64,000 nt of DNA from Ramazzottius varieornatus (GCA_001949185.1 BDGG01000018.1:124001-188000), one strand, 5' to 3'. Positions 48,852-63,559 are shown, counted from the first letter of the stretch. Made by a program: numbers and translations. The notes: generated from the letters alone by a model not told the origin.

Positions 48852-49905
48852 CAGTGTTGCATTTAGTTTCAGTCTGAGACGGGAAAAATATCAATTTTCA
48901 GTTTTCGTCTTTGGACTAGACTGAATTAGCGTATTTGTTAGTCGTACTGAGACTGAAATGGTAGAGAGTAAACATACAACGCAGGGACGGAGACTAAACA
49001 CCTGTAGGACTGAAACTGACATGCAGCAACTAAACTGATATACGAGAGACTGAAAGTAAAAATGAGGGACTGAAACTGACGACTTAGGGACTGAATAAAA
49101 ATGCAAGCACTGAAATAAATCGAGATACCTGGGACGAAGTTCTGAAAGACCAAACGATTAAAGCTCACATAAAGCACCGTTTTTAGTCTTTGAAACTAGC
49201 ATTAGATTTTGCTACGCGGAACGGTTGCGCAATGACTTTTAGAAAATTCGCACCGCCTTGTTTATGAAAGGCCATGTGAAATGCGTAAGAAGTTTCTTAT
49301 GGAGACATGCATATGGGGGACGAATGAAGCGTTCGCGAAGAGTCCAAAACCGATTCTCACTGTAGAATCGTTTTCTTCAGGGTGTAACGGGCAATGGTTG
49401 GGATCTCTTTCAAGATCCCGAAACTTCGGACCTATTTGCTCAAAAATTCTGTCAGACAGCCTTCGGAACCATGCTCGTATGCAGATAACTACATTTCCAC
49501 GTTGCCTTCGCCATTCCAGTCATCTAGAAAATTTCCCTGCGTTCACCATAGAAGACTGTTGGAGAATGAAAGTTTTCAGTGGACCGATATACAGACTAAG
49601 TTCCGGGGAGTAAACTGATATGTTTCAAGATCCAGTCTTAGTCTCGAGACTTGAAACTCAAATTTTAGAGACTAAAATAATTGGTCGTCGAGGGACTGAA
49701 ACTGAATCTCCAGAGACTGAGTTGTTTTTGTCCAGACCGAGACTGATATTTTGGGAGACTGAAATATATCAGTCTGACTGAGCCTCATGTGTAAACTGAT
49801 TTAAAGCAGTTCAGGCTAACGAGACTAATATACCATGAGTCTAAATGGGTTTCAGTCCGACGCAAACTGAAACTAAATGAGGGACTGAGATTAGACACAG
49901 CACTG
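48852..49905. mobile_element. Non-autonomous hAT-like remnant with GACTGA(A/G)A subterminal repeats
   Basis: Ends CAGTGTTG / CAGCACTG, with many GACTGAAA/GAGACTGA motifs at both ends. No clear TSD. Confidence 0.6.
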
Positions 49906-51141
49906 GTCCAGAGACGTATGAAGATCGAACTGGTAATCGAGGTGAGAACATTCCGCCGGGGCCCATGAACATCACGCCGGAAAAACAACCATCATTGGGC
50001 AGCACGTTAGTTTGCAGTATAGCTGTGGTCACACCATGGAGCGAGTGCCACTCCGACTTACCTGAAAGCACAAAACTTAAAATGAAAGAATAAATTGGCA
50101 ACAAAATCGCGTGGCTAATCGCAATCACGCGCTCCATAATGAATACGAGAAGAGTAAGATACTGTAGTTATGGACCATCAAGGGTGAAAGAGGTGAGATT
50201 GGAAGTACCTGTGTGCTAAACGGAGTGAACGCTAATCTCATGACCGTTGCAAGTTTTTTTCAGTGTTCTGAACCACCGGCCGTTGCCTACCTAGCTGTTC
50301 TTGTCACGTTTTGCGTGTCTAGTTGGATATCTAGCTATAGCTCAATAAGGATGATTACTAGCCAGCCGCTGCGTATTACCGACATTGAGACGGATACCCT
50401 TTAAGAGTAAGGGTTTTGTTCCTCTGGCACCAGTCATTTTTTGTGGAGCGGTTGTCGGACAGAGATTATTGTTTACATGTTAATAGCGTGATCGGTGATC
50501 AATTTGCTCGATTCTTTTATCGGCGTAGCATCCGGTAAGCCACCTCCAGTTTTCGACTCGTACCTCTGCTAACTCGAACAGAGATATTTCCGTTCGTCGC
50601 TCGTCCTTTTTAGCGTGTTCGATCAGCACACGCCGTGTTCAGTTTGTTGCTGTTTGTATACGTCTGTCTCCTTTGGCCCTGTTTGGACGATCTGTGCGCT
50701 GTGGTATAATTGGTTGTGATTTTATCCATCTGGAATTTTGTCGAATTCGGAGCTCGAGAGCAACGAATTAAATTCATGGGTATACGCCATCTGATACTGT
50801 TTTTCTGCTTCCTTTTGCGAGGATAATACCAGTAATCTAAGCTCAGCAAACTGATGCCATGTGCGAATCTGTTCGGCCAAAGTGGGAATACATATGACTA
50901 CGTTTGTTACAACTTTGGCCTTTACTACAGTAGCATACCACAGATACGTAACCAGCCAATCTCGGAAGCCGCTAGAAGTCAACTCGCGCTTAGGGCAACA
51001 TCACTTAATGAAAGGTATTCGAAATTCGCCAAGAGTTTTCCTTCTGTCGAGGAGAAGACAGGCACTTCAATCCTTCCGCAGGATACAGTGAGTCAACGTA
51101 CCACTCCACTACCAGTTATCTCATATTGCTGACTGACAAAA

Positions 51142-51477
51142 ATGTACATTATTTATTCGACGGCCAATGTTCTGACCGCCCTTGTCCATGTGGGAGTGAT
51201 TAACTTGATCACCTATGGGGCGTCGGAAATGTGAAGCTTTTTTCTGGTGCAGCCACCGTATCTCTCTGCCATGGAGGACATTGAGAAACTGTATCCGCAG
51301 CTAATGTTACCACACCATATTATAACGGATCCGGCGTATACGCGCTGTACAGATTTGATGCCCGTCAGCGACAATATGCTGGCCGAGTTTTATTATTCCA
51401 ACGAGTCTAAAGGACGAAAAGCCAATCTTACCGTATTCATCAGCAACGGAGCAGGTTTGACGACTATATTCGTGTGA
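51142..51477 (+). pseudogene. N-terminal exon of a receptor guanylyl cyclase / ANF-type ectodomain (stop at about 51232)
   Basis: PPYLSAMEDIEKLYPQL..HHIITD..C..SDNMLAEFYYSNE..RKANLTVF aligns with the 14770-15043 minus-strand exon. Confidence 0.7.
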
Positions 51478-54315
51478 GGGCCGAGCTGTTGAGTTAGCCG
51501 TCCCCTTTTTCAGTTGACGAGTTAGCCTGGGTGTTTGATAAGGCGTGTATCGCTTGATTGCTCAGTTTATCTACGGTCTAGACGCTTCAATATGGACCTC
51601 CGACGCTTGCCGAATCGAGAGTCTTTTGGATCTTGTGAATCTGCATGCGGTTCGGCAGTGCGTCAGTTTACCTATCTATTCATGCAAAAATATTCGAGAA
51701 TGAACCAGAAGCAGCGGCTGACCCACCAGCTGAAATAGGGGGTGGCTAACGATACAGGTGGGATGGCTGCAAAAAAAGGCAGGAACGAAAGGCACCGTAT
51801 TTCACTTGGGCGGGACTGGGCATGCGCTGTGTATAAATTCTGCCCATGAAATGCCCATGCACATGTTGAGTTACAAAATGAGCCATGGCCCATAACTCGT
51901 ACACACCATAACACTCATGCGTTCCGTGCAAGAATCGCGCACCCCATTGGCTTCGTAGCCCTGTTTTTGCGTCAATCAACTGTCCCTCACTTCCATCATC
52001 AATTCGCGCATCGAAATGGCTTGAGCATCCTGCAATGACCTGCATCGCGTTCACGGACTGACCTGCGCAGGTTTCTTCCAGGAATGATCAAACATTACCA
52101 TGAGGGACAGTTTTATTCGAAGGAAATTCCGTGAAGCGGTAAGTTATTACCGGAAACCAATCAAGGTCTCTGTGTTGAGACTTCAGTCAGTCGAGGACAC
52201 AATGGTCTAATGCCAATGGTCGCAATGTCAATCGTGAGTCTAGTCGACTCGAACGTTGAGTGGAAAAGCGATTAGGGTCTAAATTCAGTGCCCAGTGCGG
52301 TAAACTATATGACTTTGTCTTGCGCCAGTCCCACCTGTAATGCACGAAAAGAAATCATGGGCCATTACAAATTACGGGCCTGGCGAAAAAGACGCCAAAC
52401 TAAGAATTCAACCGTACAAAAGTTTCAAAAAGTGTATCGTTTGGAGTTGCACACGTATTTACGTACTTCCCCGCGGCAGTAGTGAAAAGGCCTGGTCTAT
52501 ATTAATTTTTACTGATGCATAATTCCTCTTCGTGAGAATAGCATTTACGACGTAATGTTGTAAAAATGATTAAAATCAATTGACAATCGGGGACGGGTTC
52601 GTGGGCCGGACAATAAGAAGCCTTGTTACCGCTTCCGGTTCGACCAGCTGTTCACCTTGTAAACCTACAAATCAGGTGTTTCTTCGCTCTGTCCATGCCG
52701 AAACTATATATCACAAACGTACAATCACAGAGGAAGCCAATACACTACATATACCAGATGTCACCGGTGAGAACCGGCGGAGCGAAGAAACGCCTGACTT
52801 GCAGGTTCTCATTGTCCCGCCCCGATCGTTGATCAATTGATCCACCAGTTTTATAACATTACGTCGTCAATGGGACACGCACGAAGAGAATTTTTCTGAT
52901 CGATTTGCGCCGTTCGAGCTGCGTCTTCTCTACAGACTGCGACGGTCATGCGACCGCATATCTGGCCACGGGCCTCCGGAAGCTTCTCTTAAGGTACTGT
53001 ATTTGCGCATAAACCAGCCGCAGAACGTGGTCAGTGCAAGATTCACACCTGCATAACGTAACCTGTAACTCAGAAGCTTGCCCCTTATTCCTATTGTGAA
53101 ATTGTAAGGAACGGACACGGAAGCTCACCAGAAGGGTACCTTGTAACTCAAAAAGGGATAACTCTGGACTCTAAGTTAGAGCGCAGCGCGCAGCACGCAC
53201 TCACATTGTACTTTCCACAGTACATTAACGTCGGTTTCCACTGGGTATTCAAAAATTGAATGACTTGATTAGTTGATTAAATATGGGTTTGAGTTCTTTT
53301 ACCGTTCACGCTCCATTGCGTGACTGATCTTTAGGCGGTCCGAGCTTACTCTTTTAAGGTACATGACTACTAGGTTTTTTGAACAGATTTTCTGAAAGCC
53401 CAGCAGAGTACTTTAGTGTTCTGCTACTTCAGGTACAGGACTAATATGTTTTCTGAATGCGGTGCGTATCTACATCACATGTATGAGACCGTCCGCGACC
53501 GACTGAGCGAAAGTCCCCTTCAGCCCAGAACTAGCTTTTTGTATGTCAAGCTCCAGATGTCGGTCTGATACATCCGAAATTCCGAGTGCCAGCGCGACAA
53601 TCGCGACAGCCACTGCATGCCCTGACGACTGGTTGAAAAATCGTATTATTACTTGCTCGTGATCCGCGCGTGGACAAGCTTCGTGTACCGGTAGTGCCAC
53701 TTTCGATGACTGCCACCGGACTTTGTTCGACTGTAGATCCTGTCGAGGTAAAAAGCTTCCCGCTTTCCCAATCTTCTATCGGGTAAATTAAGCTTCGTCC
53801 ATTCATTCCATAAGCTGCCTAACGCAGCAGGACCTCGGTCGGAAACCGATTGGCACTGATCGCTAGATCCTCAGTCGCATAAAGGTTCGAAACTTTTTGC
53901 CGCTGATCGAACCAGTCTTCACGTGGCAGTGTCAGCTACCTCAGGGAATGCTCTACAAAGCAGCATTAGTCGCTTAGAGCGTACCCTTACTACCCCAGAC
54001 GGATCACCGGTGTTTGATACAGGCTTTCGCTCAGTCGGTCGCCATCTTTGCTCCTTCGGGTGAAAGTTCTTACGGTCGTTTTGCTACCAAGGAAGAAGGA
54101 GCTGTGACTGACACGCGGTGCTACGGCCACTTGTGGCAGACAAAGTTTCGAATGGGGTTTCCGCAGTTCAAGCCAAAAACCAGTTAGTCAGCTGTCATTC
54201 ACTGTAAAACGCTGACGTCACACGGTAAAAGCATGCATGTGACGTATGTTCGGGATTCGAAAACCTACTCACGACGTACCTGAATTAGCAGAGAGACCAC
54301 TGTACCTGAAATGTA

Positions 54316-54471
54316 CAGTGCACGACAAAATAAGCTTTCAAAAAGGGGCGGAGCGTCTTATATACGGAAGAAGAACCAAAATCAGTGTTAAGCCAATGCG
54401 CAAACTTGATTTCCTGTGTCCAGCTGGATCCACTGACACCCATTTTCGAAAGCTTATTTTGTCGTACACTG
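54316..54471. mobile_element. Tc1/mariner-type MITE
   Basis: ta|CAGTGCACGACAAAATAAGCTTTC...GAAAGCTTATTTTGTCGTACACTG|ta. Confidence 0.88.
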
Positions 54472-54517
54472 TATCATTAGGCGATGTTGTCTTGGCCTTG
54501 GAGCTGCATGCAGCTTA

Positions 54518-55096
54518 CAAGGGATTTACGCCAATTGGTCCACTCCGACCCAAAAATAAATACGGTAGAAAGTTGGACGAGTTTTCTCTATAAACCAAGA
54601 TGGACTGTATCGGCGGAATAAATTCCTGGAGGCTACTAGAAAATTCGGGAATACGAGATCAACTGTCGTACAGTGCCGTGCGAGTTCTGCTCCAGTGACG
54701 TAATACCCTTTGATTGGAACTTGTGGTTGCAAGGATGCAAACAGCTGATGTAAACTGAATCTATCAATACCAGCGCTGCGCCATACCGTTGACCATCAAG
54801 TGCTCAGGCTACGCAAAAGCGAAACTATGAGGCGTCCCGCACACGTACCACGCTGGTCAGCTGATCATCTTGCTGTCATTCAAAAACTAGATCAAAGTGC
54901 ATTACATCAGAGCGCTCTGATTACGTCAGCGGGATGGGACTGTACGGCGACGGTTCTCGTGTGCCTGAATTTGGCTGTGGCGTCCAGGAATTTCTTCCGC
55001 CGATACAGTCTATCTTGCTTCATTCAGAAAGCTCTTCTCTACCTTTCTACCGTATGACTTGAGGAACGGAGTGGACCGATTGGCGTGAATCCCTTA
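54518..55096. mobile_element. Tc4/Tc5-family MITE
   Basis: ctta|CAAGGGATTTACGCCAATTGGTCCACTCCG...CGGAGTGGACCGATTGGCGTGAATCCCTTA|ttag, with long imperfect TIRs. The termini match copy 2. Confidence 0.85.
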
Positions 55097-57479
55097 TTAG
55101 ACCACACCTTCCCGCCTTCTACCTGTTACACTCATACACCGTACAGAGCTGTTGAACGTCACTGCAGGAGAAACGAGAGTTGACTTTTAACGCTGGATGT
55201 TTTCTCTGATAGCACGGCACCGGTCCCAATCTCGAGGACAAGGAAAAGTGGCCAACGCGACTAGAAACCACCACAGGCAAGAACGGGCTTGGCCGAGCCG
55301 TAAAAACCTTTACCGGGCTACTCTTGCATTTCAACTGGACGACTGTTGTTGTCGTCTGCGAAGCGGAACGTCCCAATCTGCGGTCATGGTGTCTGGAAGT
55401 GCATAAAGGCCTGACTGCCGCCTTCAGTGGCTCCAATTTGCCCCTCATGTACGTGGACGGATTTTCGTCGGACACCAACTTTACCGCAGTTAAGTTGGAG
55501 CTCAACAGATCAAGGCGAGGTTGGTCAAAACTTTGACATTCATGAGGTCATATTCACGTGAGAAGTGAGCGGAATTTGTGACCTTTCCAGTAGACTGACC
55601 ACTTCTTTTACGCAGTTTTCTTACAATCTTACAGTAGTTATCTACTACGTTTTCGGAGAAACCATGCGCAAACTGATGGTAAGGTCCTTTATAACTATAC
55701 TAGCGAGATACATCTGACAAGCGTGTATGCCTGCTGTGGTTGCTGTCTGTTTGCGTTTCTTGAACCAGGAGACGTGCTGATATAAAACTATGACGATTCG
55801 TGTGAATTTACTACAGCTTGCGGCATACAGCATGAATATGACACAAGGATATCACGTAAGTTTGCAGTGATGCTCTTTGGGGTCGTGGCACTACACCAAT
55901 ATCTCCGGCTCGCCGACAGTATGGACTAGGCTGTTGACATTTCAAGATCTTGGAGGGCTGACTATCTATGCACAGTATCGAGGAACACAATTCACCGCGC
56001 TCCACTAGCACGACGTACGTGATTGTCCAGCCAGTCAGCCCATAAATCTACTGTTTTAACCGTGGAAACGAAGATTTTTCACTTTGAAAGTTAATTGTTC
56101 GTGGCAGTGCCAAGTACATATGTATATCTCACCAACACGGTTCAAGTCTGCAAAAACTTTTCTGTTTTCGGGAAGTTTTCCTGTAGAAGATTGCTTGAGG
56201 AAAGAATTTACCAGGAATTAAACAGTGAAAGCATGTCTGTAAATTACCAGATGACGTCATGACCCACGTGCGTACAGTCGTGCAACCTGGAGCATAATAC
56301 GGTCCACGAGAATCAATTCACGTGTTCTGGATTAATGCGGACCCACAGTAAAAATAATTCAGGAGAAAGACAAAGCGATACGCACACAATAAGGTGCGTG
56401 CTGTACAGTATGTTGAGTGGGCGGGCTGGCTGGCCGGCTACTGGCACATGCACAGCCGAGTGCAGTATGCACAACACTGCACAGGAGCGAGGTGTTGTAT
56501 TAGTGAAAATCGTTCCGACTGGGGACGTTGGTACACGCGCCTGCTCTGTGTCTCGACATGGAGAGAAGTCTTGACCGAACATGCGAGAGAGCATCTGTCA
56601 CTCAGTAATCAACTCAAATCAGCCAACATGTGGCGCTGTCGGCCGCTCGGTTAAGACTTTTATACCTGTCAGTACATAGGGGAGGCGCGTATACTCGATA
56701 CACTCTTGTAAATGCGACAACACGTACCCAGTTCCCATACCTACACGAAAAAGATGTTTAGTCTCTTCCAGGTACATCTGCTGGTCATCTCCTTTCGTAA
56801 TCCGACTTTCGGCAACTACAGCTAGAAAAGAGGAGATCATCAGGATGCGGTAGGTTTCAAATGCCTCTTAATCCAAACAATCCAGTCCTCGCGAAGCTCG
56901 CGGATAGCCTAGAAGCAGTTGCTCTACAGTAATAATCCTCCCTTCTTCGGTACGTCACACTTCTACACGCTGAAGCGAGCCAGTAGATAGTTTGCGCGAG
57001 GTTTGCGTCTGACAAACGTACACGTCATCTCACGTCATGTGGCAACTCGCCGTGTTGTGGAGCGGCATCTTTGGCTTTCTTCTACGTTTGTTTCAGTCTC
57101 CAAAAACAAATTTGAGTCTCATCACACATTCCCTACTACACGACTCTGCCTGGGACGTACTGAAGAAGTGAGGATTATCACTGTATTCGGTAACAGCTTC
57201 TATGAGTGGTAAAATATAACCCTACCTCGGCAGAATGACGCCCCTCCCCCTCCTGGTATGACCAGTCGAGAGATTTCGTCAAGGTCTATTGAATGGTCAC
57301 GTTGAGGGGGTAACAATCAACTCCATAGTAAACTACTGTATACTTTCCCGAAATTCACGTACGTCACTCCATTCAGAGTGTAAAACTAGATGGTAAGACC
57401 CCAATGATTTGAAAGTCAGTGACGTACGTGAATTTCGGGAGAGCACACAGTAGTACCATACCCGTATAAGCCAATATAC

Positions 57480-57915
57480 GGGTATCAGCGGCCCCATTTG
57501 CATACGATTGCTAGCCACAAAGATCAGGAAACGAATGCGACGTTTTAACACCCTAGGGGCAATCTTCAACTGCTTACGCCATCTGGTGTAACGCATGTCG
57601 AGAAACCAGATTTTGAAATCCGTTTGGCTGTCTGACCAGTGGTCAGATGGCTACGTCGGGAAAGTCTGAAGGGGTTAGAATTTTTAACTGAAAGTTTTGA
57701 CGTCACGATACGTGATGTCAGCATGAAAATGCGTTGGTAGTCGTTGAGGCTCACACCCTCTGGCTGGAAGGTTTCAGCTATTGATTACACATGAAATTCT
57801 CCAGAGTATCCTCCCATAAGGGCGAACAGTTTTGTGCGACTTCTATTGCCAAGAACTTCATGTCGAAAAAGGGTCTTTGGGACTCAAAAAAGTTCGTATG
57901 CAAACTGGGCCGCCG
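57480..57915 (+). repeat. Dispersed repeat, copy B (see 20420-20890)
   Basis: Same collinear blocks as copy A. Confidence 0.75.
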
Positions 57916-58199
57916 GTGACCATATGAACGAGGGAGGTAACTCTGCTTTTCTCAAAATTTACAGATGGCAAAACAGGCTTATTCTACATTGTTGCTGCTC
58001 GAAGGTGATAGAAGCGAGAACTTTCCTGCTTTCGGTACCGACGGTTATCATCTGCGCGAGGGGTGGCGAAATGCGTCACTATCGATATTCAACACGTCTT
58101 ATGACAGAGAAGTGGAGGTAACGGCATTATCGTGCATCTGAGCGCAAAACAAATAGGGTAACTGGACACAATGCGGTATCTATTTCGTGAGCTGGGATA

Positions 58200-59125
58200 C
58201 CCAAACCGCAGTCATACATACTAGTACCACCCCATTCATTTTCTGAGCTAAATTTCGAGCTTACAGTGTCCACGATGAGTTATTGGGCGTAGTCATCAGC
58301 ACAGCGACTGATGAAACCTGGTGTAACGCTACATGCTCAATCAACACCAATCAAGCCATTCACGAGATCTTACGTACGGCTCCATACACTCAAGTTGATT
58401 CTAATGAGTTTTCTACTACAACCGCTGGCCCTTTAAGCCTGTAAGGTGAACTTCGTTGTGGCCAAAGCGGCGTACGTCCGAAGGTTTTTTACTAGTATGT
58501 ATGACTTCGCCCCAACCGTGTTTGTCGCTTCCGAGCACGTAATCCATTTCTACATACTTGCAGAATTTTCATCTGACGGCTGCATATGCCATGCTGATGA
58601 TGACTGCGCAAGTAGGTTTTACAATTTTTTCACCACCCAACGGCAAAGTAAACCGTCCCTTGTGTGGTGCCCAAGCTCTGAATGCGTGTGCCTCTCGCGT
58701 CTTACGATCAAATAAACTGTACGCGCTTTTAGGTGACCACAGAAATCCTGTGTTCTGATCAGCGGCATCTGCTGTGGGATGGCGCTGCCGTAGCTCGAAA
58801 GTTCTACAATCGGACCTTTCAGTTACGCACGGGGAACTTCGAGTTTGATCGGTTTGGAGCAGTTTATGGCAGGGATTACCTTCTGCAGCAGTTTGGACAA
58901 AGTGGCCAACTCACAGTATGTGTAAACATCACTTCTACTTGACTTTTCGACGATACCAAAAGGAGTTCTGAGTCTATTCTGCGCTCGACAGCTGCTTCAA
59001 TACATTCCAGCCGAACCTTTTCAAATGGGTGAGGTCAGGTCCGTAGAATGGCCGGGTCCACTTTGGCCCGTACCAAATCGTCCCGTCTGCGGTTATGATG
59101 GACAAGATCGTGTCTGCTGGGCCAG
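58200..59125 (+). pseudogene. Middle and C-terminal remnants of a receptor guanylyl cyclase ectodomain
   Basis: AAYVRRFFTSM, DGAAVARKFYNRTFQLRTGNFEFDRFG, and the juxtamembrane signature WPGPLWPVPNRPVCGYDGQDRVC (59049-59117). Many stops. Confidence 0.7.
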
Positions 59126-61226
59126 TAAGTACACATCTGATATTACACGGAATGTGGCTGGGTTCACGTAGCTACTGTGTAAGGCTACACCAGACACGAC
59201 GCTAGGTTCTGTACTCACATTCCTGAAGGTATACCGTAGTGCTATCAAAAATCGCGAACTTTGCAAAGTGACGGCACAGTAAACGTATGCTGAATGCGTC
59301 ATCATACCCGCGGACTCTAGGCGCACTGTGTCGTCACTTGGCGAAGTTCGTGAAGCATTACAGTAGGCGTGTGATTCTTGAAGACTACGAGACAATGCAT
59401 GCGAGCCATGAAACTCTAGACACCATACTGTACATGCACTTCGGTGATGGAAGACCGGCAGCATGTAAACTACCTTGCAGCATTGTCAAAGTCTTTGTGG
59501 CTGTTTACTCTTGATTATATGCAGGTAGCGTACAGTACATCGAGACGGCTGTGGCCTCTGCGGCGACCCTGCTGGTCATATTTCCTCTTATGGCTCTTGT
59601 TCTCCTGCGTCTCATAAGGCAAGTTCGTTGCTAGCTCGGTGATCGAAGTCGGGGCTGGCACTTTTGTCGCAGTACAGTGAGTTTTTTTCAGAGAGCATTC
59701 GGATAAGCTCCCGTGGTGGCTGATATCTGGAAATTCTCCGCAAATGTGTTCCGGCAAAAGGATTCTAAGTTGTTTCGGAAGCGCACGAGTCCTACGCAGT
59801 AGACATGCAATCGCCGAGTGACCGTTCTGCGAAAGGGAAAGTATACCAAGTCGGATCATAATGTATACTTCGGTGACACAGTCCGCATGCCCGATTGTTT
59901 TCCAGCTCTCAAACAAACGTTATGGTTTGCTACTTTACGCACGTCACTCAACACTTTTCTGGAGACGCTGCATACATCAAAAGGCTGATCTCTAGCTATA
60001 CCGTCAGCGTGCCCCCGTCGAGGGAGTAGACTGAAGGTTTGCCTCAAGTGGCAGAAATCCAACGCAAATCTCCGTCTGCGCCGAGATTTGATTCTTCAGT
60101 CTGTCGTAACTCAAAGTGACGGTGATGAATGCGACTTTGAGTTTCAGAAACCTAGATTGTGCGCCTCATACCGTTCATCTCTTGCTCTAGGCTGGAAGAA
60201 CATTCTCCTGCGATCGTTTTGGACATTAGGGAAAGGTAGAGTTAACTCAGACAGAGACAGCATTAAGTCACGGCGTGGGGGGAGATTTCCGTTAAATATC
60301 CGCCGCTGGAGGCAGAATTTACTCAGCCAAATAGCCCCATTGATGCTGGCATGCTTACGTCACAGCTTGGGACCAGCTGTGTAACGTCGGCGGCTCTAGA
60401 AACTAACTACACAGCTAAATGGCATAATGTTCACTCACATGTTATGTATGTTGGCACAAGGGTATTCATATACCTGATAAAGCCGAGCTGCCAGAGTTCG
60501 AATATAAGGTTAATATAATACGCCCCGACCTCGGAGCATCCAGTATGATGTTAGCATATTAACTTGATTCGTCGGGTCTTTATTACAATATATTATAATA
60601 TTTCTGATCCGTGTGTGGACTGAGGAGCAAAGAAACTTTGCTCCTCAGTCGTAACATCGCTTTGGTGTTGTCGATGATGGCTGGAATGACTGCAGCTCCC
60701 TTGCGTCTCCTTCTTCCGATTCATAGCGGGTTTCTTCGGCTGTTGTCTCTTTTGCTTGATAGTGGGCGAAGTCCCTTCTTTCCCTGCGACATCTTCAGAA
60801 ACGAGACACAGAGCGTTCGAAAGCGGAACCTGGAAAAGCAGACAGCCTCGCAGTCAGCAATGGGTATTGCGAGTATGCAGGTGAATCGCCAAACTCATGA
60901 TCCTGCACTATCCAATCAAACAAAGTTTGACATTCAATGTGTCACCATGAATTTTGATCAATGTACCTTGACGTGCAGGTGCGGGATGCGCTACGATCAA
61001 ACCTATCAGCATTTCATTCGAGCAGTTTCACACGATACTGTAAATATTCACTGCATTCGCGCAGTACGTACACGTACGAGGAGTTTGCGCAATCCCTGAA
61101 ACCGAATCGGGGCTGTACTTCACTTATACGACGACGTGCTGCGCGGATGCCGCAAATATTCACAGTAACAAAATACTCTATGAGCGATGGTGCAAAACAT
61201 GGTGATTCAGTCACTCGTTACAGAGG

Positions 61227-61482
61227 TTAAGTTGCCACCCCGGTTCACTTTGCAACTGTTGCTACGGCCTTGCTCCGCCCCTTTCGTGACGTGTAACTAC
61301 ATTTTGCTTTCCGGAGCTCCCCTTATTTCGAAAAATAGCGTAATCGAAGTTACGGTTAGCTAGCATTGAGAAGCATGGTGGCTGCCCAGCTATCCAAAGT
61401 TCTGATCAGTTGCTTCGCCTATCAGTGACGTTGCAACTCGTTTTCGCTACAGTCGGACTTTCATCTGGCGGTGGCAACTTAA
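61227..61482. mobile_element. TTAA-flanked MITE-like fold-back
   Basis: TTAAGTTGCCACC ... GGTGGCAACTTAA. Confidence 0.6.
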
Positions 61483-61494
61483 TGTGTGTATTTA

Positions 61495-62606
61495 CAGGGT
61501 GAGTACGCCAACTTGCTACCACCTGTAACTTCAGCGCAGAAGAAATTCAAAGTGCTGGTTCTCCTTTCGGTCCTTCACAGATTTCGTTCAACTTTTCAAG
61601 CTCTTCTCAAAGAGACATAGTTCATTTGCATGCAGTGAGACCAGAGTTCAAAAACTTGATTGGCATGACTTCCGGTGAGGAAGACTTCTCGCAACGAATG
61701 AAACAGGCTCTGTGGAACTCCCTGTTTGAGAATCCATCCCTAATTTGATTTCAGCGTGGGTATCACTGCCTAGGTGCTCATCACTAACTGGAATAGATCG
61801 CAAGAAGGTCAAACTGACTTTGGTAATGAATTCGACCATTCTGCGGGGAAACCCCTCCCCGTGGAAAACATTGCAAAGTGTGCTGTAAACCAAGAGTTTA
61901 TACTTGCAACCCTTTTTCGTCCAGCTGAGTCCTTGGGCTAATTTCTAATCACTGTCCGAGATGAAAGATCGTTCCGGGAAACTGAAGAAAATTTCTCGAA
62001 GTTTCCTCAAAATTTGAAAAGTTGTTGATTCAGACAAAGCTTGTTTTTCTAAAAGGTTTTCCGGCACTCTGATTCAGCGCAGTCTGTCTCAGACAATTGT
62101 GATTCAGATAGGTCATGAATTTGGCTACGCTTTCAGGTTTTTACTTTCCGGAATACAATTCAGACCATTTCGAGAAATCTTGTTTCTAGACGACCACCCT
62201 TTATTTTCGCACGATTTTGTAAGAGTGGCTGTATTAGTGAATCAACAAGTGGTACAATGGATCACGATGTTTTTATGGGTCGCTGGATTACCACTAAAGG
62301 GTTTACAATTAGCAGTTTTCAATTAAGATTGCAACTGAGTGAAAAAATCTTGGCCGGACCTTTTCGCTGTTTCTCCCCGAGGAAGAAACAGCGAAAAGGT
62401 CCGGCCAAGGCAGTTCCGCGGTTGCACCTTCCCTGATCCCAGGTCAAATCTGGGCTTCTGGTAGACGTTCTTCGAGACCAATCTATTTTTAGATGGTGGC
62501 AAAAGAGATGCCAAAGTAAGGATAAACAGTTAGGAGGACGAACATACACTCAGCCAAAAGCACCATATTTGGTAAAAGGTGGTAGCAAGTTGGCGAACTC
62601 ACCCTG
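61495..62606. mobile_element. Non-autonomous Tc1/mariner-type element
   Basis: ta|CAGGGTGAGTACGCCAACTTGCTACCACCT...AGGTGGTAGCAAGTTGGCGAACTCACCCTG|ta. No intact ORF. Confidence 0.88.
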
Positions 62607-63559
62607 TAGTTAACACTGGTAACTCAATGCGTCACTGGGTCTTTGCTCGGGAAGCCGCTATTGGTAAATTCGACAAGTCAGCGATAGGGAACGTCAATTC
62701 ATTAGATAAGAAAGATCAAGGTATCTAGTAGCGTGGACGACACGACAGTGGTGTGCGAGAACTTGCTGGTGGCTGATATCAGGGTCGGTAGAGTACTGGT
62801 CTGGGAGGTTGACTGCCCGAACGGTTAAGATGGCCATAGCTTTATGGAAAACTTCACACAAGCTTTGCCGCAACAAGGAAAAACAAGGTTTTGATTGGTC
62901 AGGTGCGTGCACGTCATCGCCCAGTCATGGTAAGGTGGTGCGTCCCGTGCGTGATAACTAAGGTAACTTGTAATTACATGCAAGTACATGCACACACTGC
63001 CGACCTGTAGGCTATTGCGTGGCCAATCTGGCAACCAACAATGGGATGCGACAAGTTCTTGCATACGCCACCTGGTATGCATGAACTGGCATAGGCATTG
63101 AATCAGACTTTAGACGATTTCTGGATCTTCTTCTCGTCTCCTGTTATCCCCTTGTCTACCTTGCTTTCATAGGTTCCCAGGATTGATTTTAATTTGTGCA
63201 GAAGAGGTAAGCTGGATATACGTCACCGTTTTTTCGGCCAGTGGGAAGAAAAAAATGGATTCTTCCGGCTGTCTTGATGTAGGTCGATAGCACATGGTTC
63301 TTGAGGTGTAGGAGAGACGAATCGAGCCGATCTGACGGTTAACTGCACTTTAATGACCGGCCAAATTTTGTCGACTGGTGAAGCGTGAGATCCGTCTTAC
63401 TATATGTCCACGGTGCTCGCTTGCGCACTCATAACGCAACCTCGAGAATGTAGGTAGTCGTTACTGAAGGAAAGAGTAAAGCCGCTTTAAGTGAACAAAG
63501 CAACACTGAACGCATGGTCAGCTTTGTTCGCGCATGGCAACACCTAAGCCAGTCTTTTT

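Noticed and set aside
48852-49905. CRISPR-like or coding repeat array
   Set aside because: Short degenerate motifs with irregular spacing and no cas genes. It fits transposon subterminal repeats.
50085-50165. Class A GPCR TM3-like fragment (LLVFIMERVIAISH, minus strand)
   Set aside because: Too short, and no other TM segments could be linked to it.
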